From IMG/VR virus record IMGVR_UViG_3300027763_000029: a stretch of 64,000 bases of DNA. One strand, 5' to 3'. Below the pieces are notes generated by a model that saw only the letters and a program-made list of their open reading frames with translations, ran no database searches and was not told where the DNA came from. A program made the translations under genes and the position numbers. This DNA comes from a virus. Shown piece after piece: positions 26,784 through 37,009 of this stretch (position 1 is its first letter; each line of letters opens with the position of its first letter).

Positions 26784-28398
26784 TTTTTTTGCGTTTGATT
26801 GCGGTTGTAAGTTTAAAGTAATAGACAATTCTGGCGATATTCCAAAAATAGATTTCTCTGCTAATATAGAGAATCTTAATTTGGAGTGTCACAGAACTTG
26901 GGACTTGATATCCGAAGGTAATACTAAAGGATGTTTTCAGTTGGAGTCTAGGCTCGGGCAAATGATGGCTAAAAAACTTAAGCCAGAAAATATTGAACAG
27001 TTATCTGGGTTGATAGCTATTCTTAGACCAGGATGCTTAGAGTCTGTAAGAGATGGCAAGAGTATTACCAATCATTATATAGATAAGAAAAATGGATTGG
27101 AAAGTATTGACTATTTTCATATGGCATTAGAACCAGCATTAAAGACAACATATGGAGAGATGATATACCAAGAAGAGAGTATGCAGATCGCCCATGATAT
27201 TGCAGGATTTGATCTGCAGGAAGCTGATATGTTAAGAAAGGCTATTGGAAAAAAGAAGCCAGAAGAAATGGCTAAATTGAAGAAAAAATTCTTAACAGGA
27301 TCCAAAGAAAAGAATATCGTAACAGAGGATCAGGCAGAAGAAATCTTTGGCTGGATTGAAAAATCACAAAGATACTCTTTCAATAAGTCACACAGTATAA
27401 GTTATGCTATGAACGCATATCTCTCAGCTTATACAAAAGCACACTTCTCCAGGATATTCTTTGCATCATATTTAAAGTTTGCTAAAGACAAGATAGATCC
27501 TCAGCAAGAGATAAAAGAATTGGCAAGAAATGCTAATGAGATGGGTATTGATGTTAGATTACCAGATCTACGCAATCTTAATAAGAATTTCTTCATTAAA
27601 GATAAGAATATATATTTTGGATTAACAGATATCAAAGGTGTTGGAGATTCTGTATTTAAAAAGTTGCTAGAACTTAATGAGCAAAAAGATATTAGTTCAT
27701 TAGGATATATTCAAAGCATCTGTCACATATTACTGAATATTAACTCAACAGCTGCAAAAGCTCTTGTTGGTAGTGGCGCTCTGGATTATTTTAGAAAAAA
27801 TAGAACTGAAATACTTTTTCATTACGAAATATTGTCATCTCTAACCAAGAAAGAGTTAGAACTATTTGCGGGCCTTATAAGTGATAAGCCTACATCAGAT
27901 ATAAAGGTCGTACTACAAGCATTGCTTAATGAAAAGATAACAAAAAAGAGAATAGAGCCAATTTCTAACTTAATAAGATCACTGGAGCATCCTCCTTATT
28001 CATTAACAGATAAGATAGAATGGTTATCTGATTCAGAAAACTCTTTTCTGGGTGTAGCCATATCTTGCTCTAAATTAGACTCTTATGATATTAGTATGAC
28101 CAATACTAATTGTAAAGAATTTAAAACTACGCTACTATCAGAAAAAATAATCTTAGCCGGTGAAGTTAGCAATGTAAATATTATTAAGACAAAAAAGGGA
28201 AAAAATCCAGGACAAGAAATGGCATTTGTTAGTGTTGAAGATGCTTATGGTCTATTGGATTCTGTTATCTTTTTCCCGGAACAATTAGAGACATATAAGC
28301 ACCATCTATTCCAAGGTAATGTGCTAATTTTTATTGGCAACAAAACAAAAACAAAGGATGGTTTGGTTGTCGATAAGTGTTTTACGCCGAGATCTTGA
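26776..28398 (+). CDS. dnaE: DNA polymerase III alpha, C-terminal part (fingers, HhH, OB fold)
   Basis: GCFQLES, ILRPG, IYQEE, ADMLRKAIGKK, YSFNKSHS, IKGVG and MAFVSVED. Confidence 0.9.
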   Translation: MSDFFAFDCGCKFKVIDNSGDIPKIDFSANIENLNLECHRTWDLISEGNTKGCFQLESRLGQMMAKKLKPENIEQLSGLIAILRPGCLESVRDGKSITNHYIDKKNGLESIDYFHMALEPALKTTYGEMIYQEESMQIAHDIAGFDLQEADMLRKAIGKKKPEEMAKLKKKFLTGSKEKNIVTEDQAEEIFGWIEKSQRYSFNKSHSISYAMNAYLSAYTKAHFSRIFFASYLKFAKDKIDPQQEIKELARNANEMGIDVRLPDLRNLNKNFFIKDKNIYFGLTDIKGVGDSVFKKLLELNEQKDISSLGYIQSICHILLNINSTAAKALVGSGALDYFRKNRTEILFHYEILSSLTKKELELFAGLISDKPTSDIKVVLQALLNEKITKKRIEPISNLIRSLEHPPYSLTDKIEWLSDSENSFLGVAISCSKLDSYDISMTNTNCKEFKTTLLSEKIILAGEVSNVNIIKTKKGKNPGQEMAFVSVEDAYGLLDSVIFFPEQLETYKHHLFQGNVLIFIGNKTKTKDGLVVDKCFTPRS

Positions 28399-28422
28399 CA
28401 ATCACATGCCATCGATTATCAT
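28395..28422 (+). promoter_or_regulatory. Sigma70-type promoter for ssb
   Basis: TTGACA (28395-400), 16-nt spacer, TATCAT (28417-22), with TAAGGAG SD downstream. Confidence 0.6.
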
Positions 28423-28473
28423 ATGTTATCGTGTTCGTTTGGTTTGGTTTAAATTTTTAATTAAGGAGATGAT

Positions 28474-28854
28474 ATGAATATCACGATTTTGAGAGGTAAT
28501 TTAGCAAGAGATCCTGAGCTAAGAGTCGTTAATACTGGCGGCAAGCAGACTTCTGTTGTTAATTTTACCGTAGCTGTCTCTAGGGAATATACTAAGGCTA
28601 GTGGTGAAAAGGATAAGGTAACTTCATTTATTAATTGCGAAGCATGGGACAGTGGTGCTGAGATCATAGGATCTTCATTTAAGAAGGGTGATCTGGTTCT
28701 AGTAGAAGGATCTCTACGCAATGATACGTGGGAAAAGGATGGCGTTAAGCATAGTAGTCTAAAGGTTAGAGTTAATAATTTCTCTAAGATTACTAAGTTG
28801 TCAAAGCAGGGCAAGGGCGAACAAGCGGAACCTGCTGAGTCCGTTGCTTTCTGA
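28474..28854 (+). CDS. ssb: Single-stranded DNA-binding protein
   Basis: GNLARDPELR, FINCEAW, KKGDLVLVEGSL and an acidic tail ending in Phe. Confidence 0.95.
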   Translation: MNITILRGNLARDPELRVVNTGGKQTSVVNFTVAVSREYTKASGEKDKVTSFINCEAWDSGAEIIGSSFKKGDLVLVEGSLRNDTWEKDGVKHSSLKVRVNNFSKITKLSKQGKGEQAEPAESVAF

Positions 28855-28880
28855 TTAGGATATTTAGAATATAATTTCAT

Positions 28881-28912
28881 AAAGATGGGGGCGGTAAAAC
28901 GCCCCTATTTTT
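28881..28912 (+). terminator. Rho-independent terminator after ssb
   Basis: GGGGCG-GTAAAA-CGCCCC followed by TATTTTT. Confidence 0.8.
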
Positions 28913-28931
28913 ATCTTCCCTCTTTATTATT

Positions 28932-30596
28932 ATGAATAAATCAAAACTTAAAATACTCATGGTTTCTGAAGCCAGCTTTCTTAGCTCTGGCTTTTCAATT
29001 TATACTAGAGAAATCCTATCTCGACTGTATAAGACTAACAAGTATGACATAGCAGAATTTGCTTCTTATGGCATGGTAAATGATGCAAGAGATAAGAATA
29101 TACCTTGGAGATACTATGCTAATGCAGTCAAGGAAGATGATCCAAGACACAAAGAGTATACTTCGAGGGGAGATAATCAATTTGGTAGATGGAGATTTGA
29201 AAAAGTCTTATTAGATTTTAAGCCAGATGTTGTGATAGATATTAGGGATTATTGGATGAGTTCGTACCAAGCACTATCGCCTTTAAGAAAATTCTTTCAT
29301 TGGATACTTATGCCAACAGTTGACTCCGCTCCACAGCAGGAAGAGTGGATAGACACATTTCTCTCTGCCGACAGTATTTTTACTTATTCTGATTGGGGTG
29401 CCAATGTTCTAAAAGATCAAAGCTCAGGCAAGATAAATTATATAGATACCGCATCCCCTGGGGTTGATCTCTTTACGTTTCATCCAGTAAAAGACAAAAA
29501 ATCTCTAAAAGAAGAGTATGACATACCTAATGACAGCATAGTCATAGGATCAGTTATGAGAAATCAAAAAAGAAAATTGATACCAGAACTTATGGTTTCT
29601 TTTAGAAAAGCTATGGATATCTTGAAAGAAGAAAATAATCCGCTGGGTAAAAAAATATATTTGTATATTCATACAAGTTATCCTGATGCTGGTTGGGATC
29701 TGCCAGAACTTTTAAAAGAACACAGACTAGCTAACAGAGTACTATTTACATATCTATGTAGACGTTGTGGTAATATGAGTTCAAGTGTCTTTGTAGGACC
29801 ACAAAAAGTATGTTCAAGATGTTTGGAAAAAAGCATGACATTCTCCTCTGTAACAAATGGAATATCAACTGAACAGCTAGCTAAGGTCTATAATCTATTC
29901 GATGCTTATGTACAATATTCCATATGCGAAGGTTTTGGATGCCCACAAACAGAAGCAGGAGCTTGCGGATTACCAATATTTACAGTTGATTATAGTGCAA
30001 TGTGCGATATTGTAAAAAAGCTAGATGCTGTTCCTATTAGTCCAAAATCATACTTTAAAGAACTTGAAACAAAAGCAATAAGAGTTTATCCAGATAATGA
30101 ACAATTAGCAAATGAAATAGTTAAATTATGCAATATGTCAGACTCAGAGAGATCGGCTATAGGCCAAAAGACTAGACAGCTTACAGAAAAATACTATAAT
30201 TGGGATGACATAGCAAAAAAATGGGAAAATCATTTGGATCATATAGACAGTACCTATAGATCAGACTGGCACAGTTCAGCAACATTTATGAATAAAATTG
30301 AAAAAGAAATAGACACAAATAGCAGTCAGCATTTTGATAATACAGCAAAATTATGCTTTAGTCATCTAAAAGATATAGACAAGATATCATCTATGAGCAT
30401 ACTAACTTTGTTACAATATGTAGATTATGGCTTTTCTATGCATGGGTCTAATATTACTAAGCATGAATATGATGATATAGTAACATATATAAATACATAC
30501 ATAGACAATATAAATCATTCAGATAAGGTTAGATCTGAAAATATTAAATTCAATGACGACTTCATACAATATGCATCAATCAAGGCAAACACATAA
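28932..30596 (+). CDS. GT-B (GT4-like) glycosyltransferase with a Zn-ribbon insertion
   Basis: KILMVSE, VMRNQKRK, YNLFDAYV and EGFGCPQTEAGACGLP, with CRRC...CSRC inserted. Confidence 0.85.
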   Translation: MNKSKLKILMVSEASFLSSGFSIYTREILSRLYKTNKYDIAEFASYGMVNDARDKNIPWRYYANAVKEDDPRHKEYTSRGDNQFGRWRFEKVLLDFKPDVVIDIRDYWMSSYQALSPLRKFFHWILMPTVDSAPQQEEWIDTFLSADSIFTYSDWGANVLKDQSSGKINYIDTASPGVDLFTFHPVKDKKSLKEEYDIPNDSIVIGSVMRNQKRKLIPELMVSFRKAMDILKEENNPLGKKIYLYIHTSYPDAGWDLPELLKEHRLANRVLFTYLCRRCGNMSSSVFVGPQKVCSRCLEKSMTFSSVTNGISTEQLAKVYNLFDAYVQYSICEGFGCPQTEAGACGLPIFTVDYSAMCDIVKKLDAVPISPKSYFKELETKAIRVYPDNEQLANEIVKLCNMSDSERSAIGQKTRQLTEKYYNWDDIAKKWENHLDHIDSTYRSDWHSSATFMNKIEKEIDTNSSQHFDNTAKLCFSHLKDIDKISSMSILTLLQYVDYGFSMHGSNITKHEYDDIVTYINTYIDNINHSDKVRSENIKFNDDFIQYASIKANT

Positions 30597-30604
30597 GAAC
30601 TATT

Positions 30605-31651
30605 ATGACAACAATATTCATTGGTCCATATAGACAATATGATTATATGGGGCAACTATCAAAAATTTATTTAGAGTCTATCCATAGAGCCTTTATCATA
30701 AAAAAAATGTCTATTATAGGTAGACCATTATATATAGATGATCTGTCTGTAACTCAAGATGATACTGGTATACTTAATTTTATAGAGAATATTCCAGAAA
30801 AATTTCAATTAAATTCACTAATACAACATGCACCAGTAGAATACCTCTCAATACAAAAATCTGTTAAAAATATAGCAATACCCATTATCGATAATAGAAT
30901 ATCAAAAGTCTCCTATAATCAAAATTATCAGAAGCTTAATTCATTCGACTACGTATTAGTTGACAACGATCATGATAAAACAATATTAATTAGATCAAAT
31001 ATAACATCTCCTATAGTTGTTTTTGATGAATCATTTTCAGATAAAGAAATATCGCAGCATTCTAATAAAAGATATAATCTTGGAGAAAAAATTGGAGACA
31101 ATTTTATTTTTGGTTTTATAGGAACCTATAAACAGAATATTTCGATTATTCAGAAAATCATTAATTCTTTTCTTATATCATTTCGTTCTTATGCTAATGT
31201 TAATCTTTTAATATGCTGTAAAGGTACAGAGCAAGATAAAAAAGATTTAGAAAATTATTATAAAGAAACAAAACAAAAACTTAAAATTATAGACTATGAT
31301 AATATTGTATTTATTTTTAATGGACTAGAGACAGAATCAGTTATAGCATCATTAAATACTTTTGATTGTTTCCTATCTCTGAACGATGATTATTCACAGT
31401 ATCTTTATGAGAAATATTTTGTTAAATCAGAAAAAAATATTATAAACAAACATAATACTACTAGTATACAAATACCGGCAATAAGTATAGATACATCAAA
31501 TGATCTTGAAGATTTAATGACCTCAATACCGACAGCGGACCTCTGTAAAAAAATGATAGATATAAAAAATCAACAAAATAATAAAAATAATAGAATGAAA
31601 AAAAATAATAATAAAAATTTAGGAGAAACAATATGTCATATTCTACAATAA
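30605..31651 (+). CDS. Divergent glycosyltransferase-like protein
   Basis: TIFIGPYRQ, FIFGFIG and NTFDCFLSL resemble GT-B, but the E-x7-E motif is not evident. Confidence 0.5.
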   Translation: MTTIFIGPYRQYDYMGQLSKIYLESIHRAFIIKKMSIIGRPLYIDDLSVTQDDTGILNFIENIPEKFQLNSLIQHAPVEYLSIQKSVKNIAIPIIDNRISKVSYNQNYQKLNSFDYVLVDNDHDKTILIRSNITSPIVVFDESFSDKEISQHSNKRYNLGEKIGDNFIFGFIGTYKQNISIIQKIINSFLISFRSYANVNLLICCKGTEQDKKDLENYYKETKQKLKIIDYDNIVFIFNGLETESVIASLNTFDCFLSLNDDYSQYLYEKYFVKSEKNIINKHNTTSIQIPAISIDTSNDLEDLMTSIPTADLCKKMIDIKNQQNNKNNRMKKNNNKNLGETICHILQ

Positions 31652-32514
31652 TGCAGAATATTTTGAGTCCTATACTCTACTTATCTGGTGATCCTAAAAG
31701 AAAAGATATAAAGATATTATATGATTATAGTAATAGTATTTTTGATAAATTTTTAATAAAACATTTAGATATGTCATTTATGTATGAATCTGAGTATATC
31801 CGTACTCGTGGAATGTTTTGTTATGACATATATTGGAACAACGATCCGGTACAGTATACGTCTAACGCTAGTTTTTATAAAAGCGAACACATCCTGGATA
31901 TGATATTTTTCCACGAATCACCAGACCCAGCACTTAAAAAAGAAGATAAATTCTTATTACAGAACAGATTGGGCGATTCATTTAAAATATATACTAATGA
32001 GTCATTAAAATCTGAATGGTCTATAGATAATGGTAAATATATACCGTATGGGATTCCAAAAGTAAAAATTGATTTTGATCAACCACGCAAGTCTGTGGTT
32101 TTACTGAATCCCAATAATGCAAAATCGGTGGATATACTATATTCTTATGTAAAGAAATATTTTCCAGATGCTGGCATTATAAATATTGATCAAAATATTT
32201 CTTATGAAAAAATTATTAGCACTTTAAAAGAATATAATATTTGTATATCTATAAAAAAAACTTTCGATTCTTTAATAGCTTTATCTTGCGGATGTGATGT
32301 TTTGTCTTCATCGGTACCAGAAGAAGAAGGAATCATAAATATAGATGATTTTAATAAAATTCATCTAATAATAGAATCAACTTTAAAAATACGTAATGTG
32401 GATAAAATTAAAGATCGTATTAGTTTTTTAGCTAAAAAGTATGATCTAGTAAAATTTCAAGATGAAATCTATGATACCATTATTAACAGAATAAAGGAAC
32501 CTCTTTTACTATGA
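31633..32514 (+). CDS. Divergent glycosyltransferase-like protein
   Basis: YIPYGI and LIALSCGCDVLS resemble the GT-B C-terminal EA..CG.PV motif. Confidence 0.45.
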   Translation: MSYSTIMQNILSPILYLSGDPKRKDIKILYDYSNSIFDKFLIKHLDMSFMYESEYIRTRGMFCYDIYWNNDPVQYTSNASFYKSEHILDMIFFHESPDPALKKEDKFLLQNRLGDSFKIYTNESLKSEWSIDNGKYIPYGIPKVKIDFDQPRKSVVLLNPNNAKSVDILYSYVKKYFPDAGIINIDQNISYEKIISTLKEYNICISIKKTFDSLIALSCGCDVLSSSVPEEEGIINIDDFNKIHLIIESTLKIRNVDKIKDRISFLAKKYDLVKFQDEIYDTIINRIKEPLLL

Positions 32515-32936
32515 ACAGATTAATAAATCTATATACGATCAAGAAACAAGATACAATACAGGGATTCGACAACATAGAAATCAATGATCTATCTAATCTT
32601 GTTAATTATTCAATAGACCATATATATTGTGGATGCTTAGAATATTTTGATTCATCAGTAGCAAATAATATCTTGGAAGAAATAAAAGAAAAAATTAGAC
32701 CAAATGGATTAGTAACTCTTACAATAAATAATTTCAAGCATATTTCTAGACAATATATTAATAATGCATTATCGGATAAGGAAATGCTTGGTTTTATAAA
32801 CGGAGTTAAGTCTATTTTTTCATTAAAGCAAATCACACTTATATTTGAATCAAACCAAGAATTCAAAGTCACAAAATTAGAAAACTCTACAGATTTTTTT
32901 AAGACATACATTACCATTCAAAGAGTAGGAATATGA
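32511..32936 (+). CDS. Truncated SAM-dependent methyltransferase-like protein
   Basis: NYSIDHIYCGCLEYF...KIRPNGLVTL matches the class I MTase C-half. No GxGxG motif. Confidence 0.5.
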   Translation: MNRLINLYTIKKQDTIQGFDNIEINDLSNLVNYSIDHIYCGCLEYFDSSVANNILEEIKEKIRPNGLVTLTINNFKHISRQYINNALSDKEMLGFINGVKSIFSLKQITLIFESNQEFKVTKLENSTDFFKTYITIQRVGI

Positions 32937-33673
32937 AAAATACAAATTGTGAGAAATGTATCTTCTCAGACTATGCAGATAGTCAAGATCCTTGTGTCAT
33001 GAATATTATTGATCAAATAAAAGACAGTAAACAATTAATAATAAATAGTGAAAAATTTTATTATATACATAACTATCTTTGTCCATACGCATTTAGTACG
33101 AAAGCATATGAAGAACATAAAGATAAAATAGGATCTATTGAAGATCTAAAAAAACATTTATATTTTAAAAATAGAGCAACCTATTATTTGATAGTTTTTC
33201 TCGGGGAGAACGACCACACAGATATTGCACAAAAGATAATCAATTTATCGATAAAGCCAGGATTTGTTTCTATAATAACTTATCAAAAGAATAATACAGA
33301 AAGTATAATTAATTCTTTCAAAAATCTTGAAAAGAATAATATAGATTGGAAACTACATAATATGTTGGAAGAATTTGACTATCAAGAAAGTCTTAGCATA
33401 GTATTAAATACTAATCCGAATAAAGATAAATATCAGTTTCTATGGATTAATCTTGCGTCTTCTTGTGATTCATGGGAGAAAGATATTTCTAGCATAAACT
33501 ATATAGTCACGATAAAACAACCAATAGCACATGCTTTATATAGAAATCAAGAAGAGACGGATGGTCTATTCATATCCTTAAAAACATATGAAGAGATTAA
33601 AGACACTGTTAACCCAGATATCACACTAGCTCTTAAAGAAATAGATAATCCTTTAATAAAATACTATGCTTGA
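32933..33673 (+). CDS. Hypothetical protein with an N-terminal Cys cluster
   Basis: CEKCIF...C...CP, with overlapping start and stop coupling. Confidence 0.55.
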   Translation: MKNTNCEKCIFSDYADSQDPCVMNIIDQIKDSKQLIINSEKFYYIHNYLCPYAFSTKAYEEHKDKIGSIEDLKKHLYFKNRATYYLIVFLGENDHTDIAQKIINLSIKPGFVSIITYQKNNTESIINSFKNLEKNNIDWKLHNMLEEFDYQESLSIVLNTNPNKDKYQFLWINLASSCDSWEKDISSINYIVTIKQPIAHALYRNQEETDGLFISLKTYEEIKDTVNPDITLALKEIDNPLIKYYA

Positions 33674-34334
33674 TATACTATTACTAGTACCAGAAATTAC
33701 CAAAGGAATGAAATCCTTGGGATCCAAAGCCTTATTGACAATCAAAAATTCAACAACAGTACTAGATTATCAGATACAGCAATTTAAAAAAATAGATAAT
33801 AACTGTAATATTTATGTTGGGGCAGGATTTGAGTGCGATAAGATTAGGAAAGTAATATCTAAATATAATCGTGTTCATGTCATCGAAAATACAAATTATA
33901 CAAATACCAATCAAGCAAAACTAATAAAACTGTTTATAGATAATCACACCTCATCAAATAATCTATTAATAGTTAGCAACGGTATTTTGTTTAAAAATTT
34001 ATGCATTAAAAATTCTATTAAATCAAAAATATTTTTAATCGACAAGCCAAAAACAAATTTTAATATAGGATGTGGTGAATCGGAAGAAATCAATTATTTA
34101 TTTTATGATCTACCAACACCCTGGTCCGAATGTGCCCTCTTAGATAATAACGCTGTTCAAAATATGAAAAAAATTTGTGATTCCGACAATATTGATCAAT
34201 TATTTCTTTTTGAATTAATCAATACTTTAATGGAAAAACATAATACTATATTTGATAAACATTTCATAAGCAAAAAAAATATAATGAAAATTAACACAGT
34301 AAAAGATATATCAAAGGCTAAGCTATTTATATGA
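33666..34334 (+). CDS. Nucleotidyltransferase-like protein (LicC/MobA fold), degenerate
   Basis: GMKSLGSKALL...VLDYQI, GAGFE, ENTNYTNTN and KINTVKDI. Lacks the LAAG signature. Confidence 0.65.
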   Translation: MLDILLLVPEITKGMKSLGSKALLTIKNSTTVLDYQIQQFKKIDNNCNIYVGAGFECDKIRKVISKYNRVHVIENTNYTNTNQAKLIKLFIDNHTSSNNLLIVSNGILFKNLCIKNSIKSKIFLIDKPKTNFNIGCGESEEINYLFYDLPTPWSECALLDNNAVQNMKKICDSDNIDQLFLFELINTLMEKHNTIFDKHFISKKNIMKINTVKDISKAKLFI

Positions 34335-35032
34335 AATTATTTGTACAAGAATTCGACGATAAATTTATTAATAATATTTCTATAATTGAATCTGATGATT
34401 TGACTATTATAAATGATCGAATTGATGGAAATCTGTATCATATACATTATAGATATGATTTTGATGCATATATTTTTGTTTCTTCATTAATGACTAATGA
34501 AATATATCAATATATAAATGAATTTAATAAAAGCAAAAAAATAATACTTTATCATGATATTATAGATAACAATGTTATAGACTCGCTAAGTAAGTACTGC
34601 TTAAATATCGGGAAAAAATCGGATAAAGGCTCTATGATAGAAATTCCACAATTAATAAATAAACATATATTCTTTAATACAAATAAACAGAGAGATAAAT
34701 ATATTCCATGTTTTATTGATAGGTCTTCAAATATTAATGATGATTTATTGAGTGTTTTATATCCAAATAAAAAATTTAATATAAGAATTTTTGGACCATC
34801 GTCGATGAAACATCAACAAAATATTGGCTTACTATCAGAACAAGATAGGGCGGAAGTTTTAAATAAAGCTAGTAGTTGTTTGTTGGTTGATAATCTATAT
34901 TTGCCAGAAGCATTAAGTTGTGGAACAAAAATCTTAAGACCAAAAGATGGACAATTGATAGAAGATAAAATTTCATTATCTCAAGACATAGAGACATATA
35001 ATAAATTTTTAGACAGGATATTAAAATCATGA
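34331..35032 (+). CDS. Divergent glycosyltransferase-like protein
   Basis: QQNIGLLSEQDRAEVLN...EALSCG. Confidence 0.45.
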   Translation: MKLFVQEFDDKFINNISIIESDDLTIINDRIDGNLYHIHYRYDFDAYIFVSSLMTNEIYQYINEFNKSKKIILYHDIIDNNVIDSLSKYCLNIGKKSDKGSMIEIPQLINKHIFFNTNKQRDKYIPCFIDRSSNINDDLLSVLYPNKKFNIRIFGPSSMKHQQNIGLLSEQDRAEVLNKASSCLLVDNLYLPEALSCGTKILRPKDGQLIEDKISLSQDIETYNKFLDRILKS

Positions 35033-35481
35033 TTGATCTGGGAATACTATGTATTAAACTAGAGAATACAACAACATCTGAACATATTTTAAAAACTGCA
35101 AAATCTCTTATTGATAATAATCCATATAGTCAAATATGTATTTTTAATAGTTATTCAGAAATTGTAGAAAATAACTCAGTACCAATATTACATATTAGCC
35201 AAGCCAAATTTTTCAAAGGCAATTTGGTAGTATTCGATATGCCGTCGTTAATATTGAGCAAAAATTTTATTAATCTATCAAAAAGATTTTATTATGCATA
35301 TGAGTTGCCTTGGACAAAACATATCCAAAATTTTAAATATTGGTCTGAAATATTCGATTCAAAAGACCTGAATATAATAACTAAGAATCAACAACTTTAT
35401 GATATATATGATATGTGCTGGAAAAAACCAATAGGTATATCGGAGGATTTTTCATATGAAACAATCAAAGATCTTGTATAG
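35029..35481 (+). CDS. Hypothetical protein
   Basis: Translationally coupled ORF in the glycosyltransferase cluster. Confidence 0.55.
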   Translation: MIDLGILCIKLENTTTSEHILKTAKSLIDNNPYSQICIFNSYSEIVENNSVPILHISQAKFFKGNLVVFDMPSLILSKNFINLSKRFYYAYELPWTKHIQNFKYWSEIFDSKDLNIITKNQQLYDIYDMCWKKPIGISEDFSYETIKDLV

Positions 35482-36262
35482 TAAATTATCTAAGTCAGAA
35501 AAAGAAAGTATTATAAGAAAGTCCTATCTGGATAATAAAAAGAGTTTTGCAGATATAGCTTCTGAGTATGGGACATACGCAAATAAGATAAGAAGAGACG
35601 CTGTATCTTTTAAAATACCAATAAGAGATAAGTCTGATGCTCAAAAGAATGCTCTTAAAAGTGGCAAGCATCAACATCCTACAAAAGGCAAAGAAAGATC
35701 TGTGGAAGAAAAAAATAAAATTGGTATTGGAGTTTTGAAATCTTGGGATGAATTAGATAGTAAAACTCTACAAGAAAGAAAAAATAAGAGCAAAGAAGCT
35801 TGGGAAAGAATGGACGAAGAAGCTAAAAAGAATATGATCAGATTGGCTAATGACGCTGTTCGTTTAACAAGCAAGGTTGGATCAAAACTAGAAAAGTTTA
35901 TTTTTGATAGTCTTTTGCAAGATGGGTACAGGGTGGAATTTCACAAAGAGCAAAGCCTACTAAATACCAAGTTGCAAATAGACCTGTTTCTTCCTACAAT
36001 GAATACGGCGATAGAAATAGACGGGCCGTCGCATTTTCTTCCTGTTTGGGGAGAAGATGCTTTAGCTAAAAATATATCGTATGATCAAAAAAAACAAGGA
36101 TTGATTTTGGGTAAAGGATTGGCTCTGATAAGAATAAAGCAGACTAAAGATTTTTCAAAAACAAGATCACAGATAATTTATGCTAAACTCAAAACAGTCA
36201 TAGAAGATATTAAACAATCTTTCCCACAACCAGACAACAGAACTTTTGTAATAGAGGATTAA
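35456..36262 (+). CDS. DUF559/Vsr-like endonuclease with N-terminal HTH and basic DNA-binding segments (homing-endonuclease-like)
   Basis: KSFADIASEYG, GKERSVEEKNKIG, SKLE and IDLFLP...IEIDGPSH...YDQKK. Confidence 0.7.
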   Translation: MKQSKILYSKLSKSEKESIIRKSYLDNKKSFADIASEYGTYANKIRRDAVSFKIPIRDKSDAQKNALKSGKHQHPTKGKERSVEEKNKIGIGVLKSWDELDSKTLQERKNKSKEAWERMDEEAKKNMIRLANDAVRLTSKVGSKLEKFIFDSLLQDGYRVEFHKEQSLLNTKLQIDLFLPTMNTAIEIDGPSHFLPVWGEDALAKNISYDQKKQGLILGKGLALIRIKQTKDFSKTRSQIIYAKLKTVIEDIKQSFPQPDNRTFVIED

Positions 36263-36263
36263 A

Positions 36264-37007
36264 ATGGTCAAAAATAAGAAGGATAACAAAGAGATGATTG
36301 AAGAGAAGACATTGGAAGCGGTTGAAGTAGTACAAACAAAAACTGTCACACCTAATGATCTCGAGTGGACTGATCATGTTCTAGGTTTATTAAGTGATGA
36401 TGAAAAGATTAGTGGTAATCCAACAACAGACGGTTTAAGGAGAATATTTGAGATAGCATTAAATTGTGATGTTATTGAGGCTATCACAGAAATAGTCCAA
36501 ACTCCAAGTCCAGATAACGAAAAAAGAGCCACCGCCACACACACCATACGCTATGTATTAAAAGGAGATGTGTCAGATGACATGAATGTTAAATATAGGG
36601 CCGTGAGCGGTGCAGCTGACGTTTATTGGGGCAACTGCGACAAGGCATATCGTAACCATCCTACTGCCGTAGCGGAAACCAGAGCAGAAGGTAGAGCTTT
36701 ACGACGAGCATTAAAGCTAAGAAAAGTTATTGCGGCTGAAGAAATGGTCAAAGATATGGAAGATCACCCAGATCAGGATACTGTATCAAAAATCACAAAT
36801 AATCAGATTAATTTCATTGACGTTATGGCAAAAAGACTTAATATAAATGTGAGCAAGCTTTTGGAAAGTAATGCTCTAGAATCTAAGAATATTTATGCTT
36901 TAAGCCACGAAGATGCCGTAACAATAATAAGGCTATTATCTAAGCATCAGCAGAATATTACTGAGATTCCTGATGACTTATTAGGCTTTAACAATGAATG
37001 GAAATAA
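36264..37007 (+). CDS. Putative Rad52/Sak-like ssDNA-annealing protein
   Basis: RATATHTI...VSGAAD...AVAETRAEGRALRRAL. Confidence 0.55.
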   Translation: MVKNKKDNKEMIEEKTLEAVEVVQTKTVTPNDLEWTDHVLGLLSDDEKISGNPTTDGLRRIFEIALNCDVIEAITEIVQTPSPDNEKRATATHTIRYVLKGDVSDDMNVKYRAVSGAADVYWGNCDKAYRNHPTAVAETRAEGRALRRALKLRKVIAAEEMVKDMEDHPDQDTVSKITNNQINFIDVMAKRLNINVSKLLESNALESKNIYALSHEDAVTIIRLLSKHQQNITEIPDDLLGFNNEWK

Positions 37008-37009
37008 TT

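Noticed and set aside
25860-26830. Split intein in DnaE
   Set aside because: No intein N- or C-terminal motifs are visible at either end.
28461-28880. 139-aa antisense ORF over ssb, and other short antisense or nested ORFs in the track
   Set aside because: They overlap well-supported genes and have no motifs or evident SD of their own.
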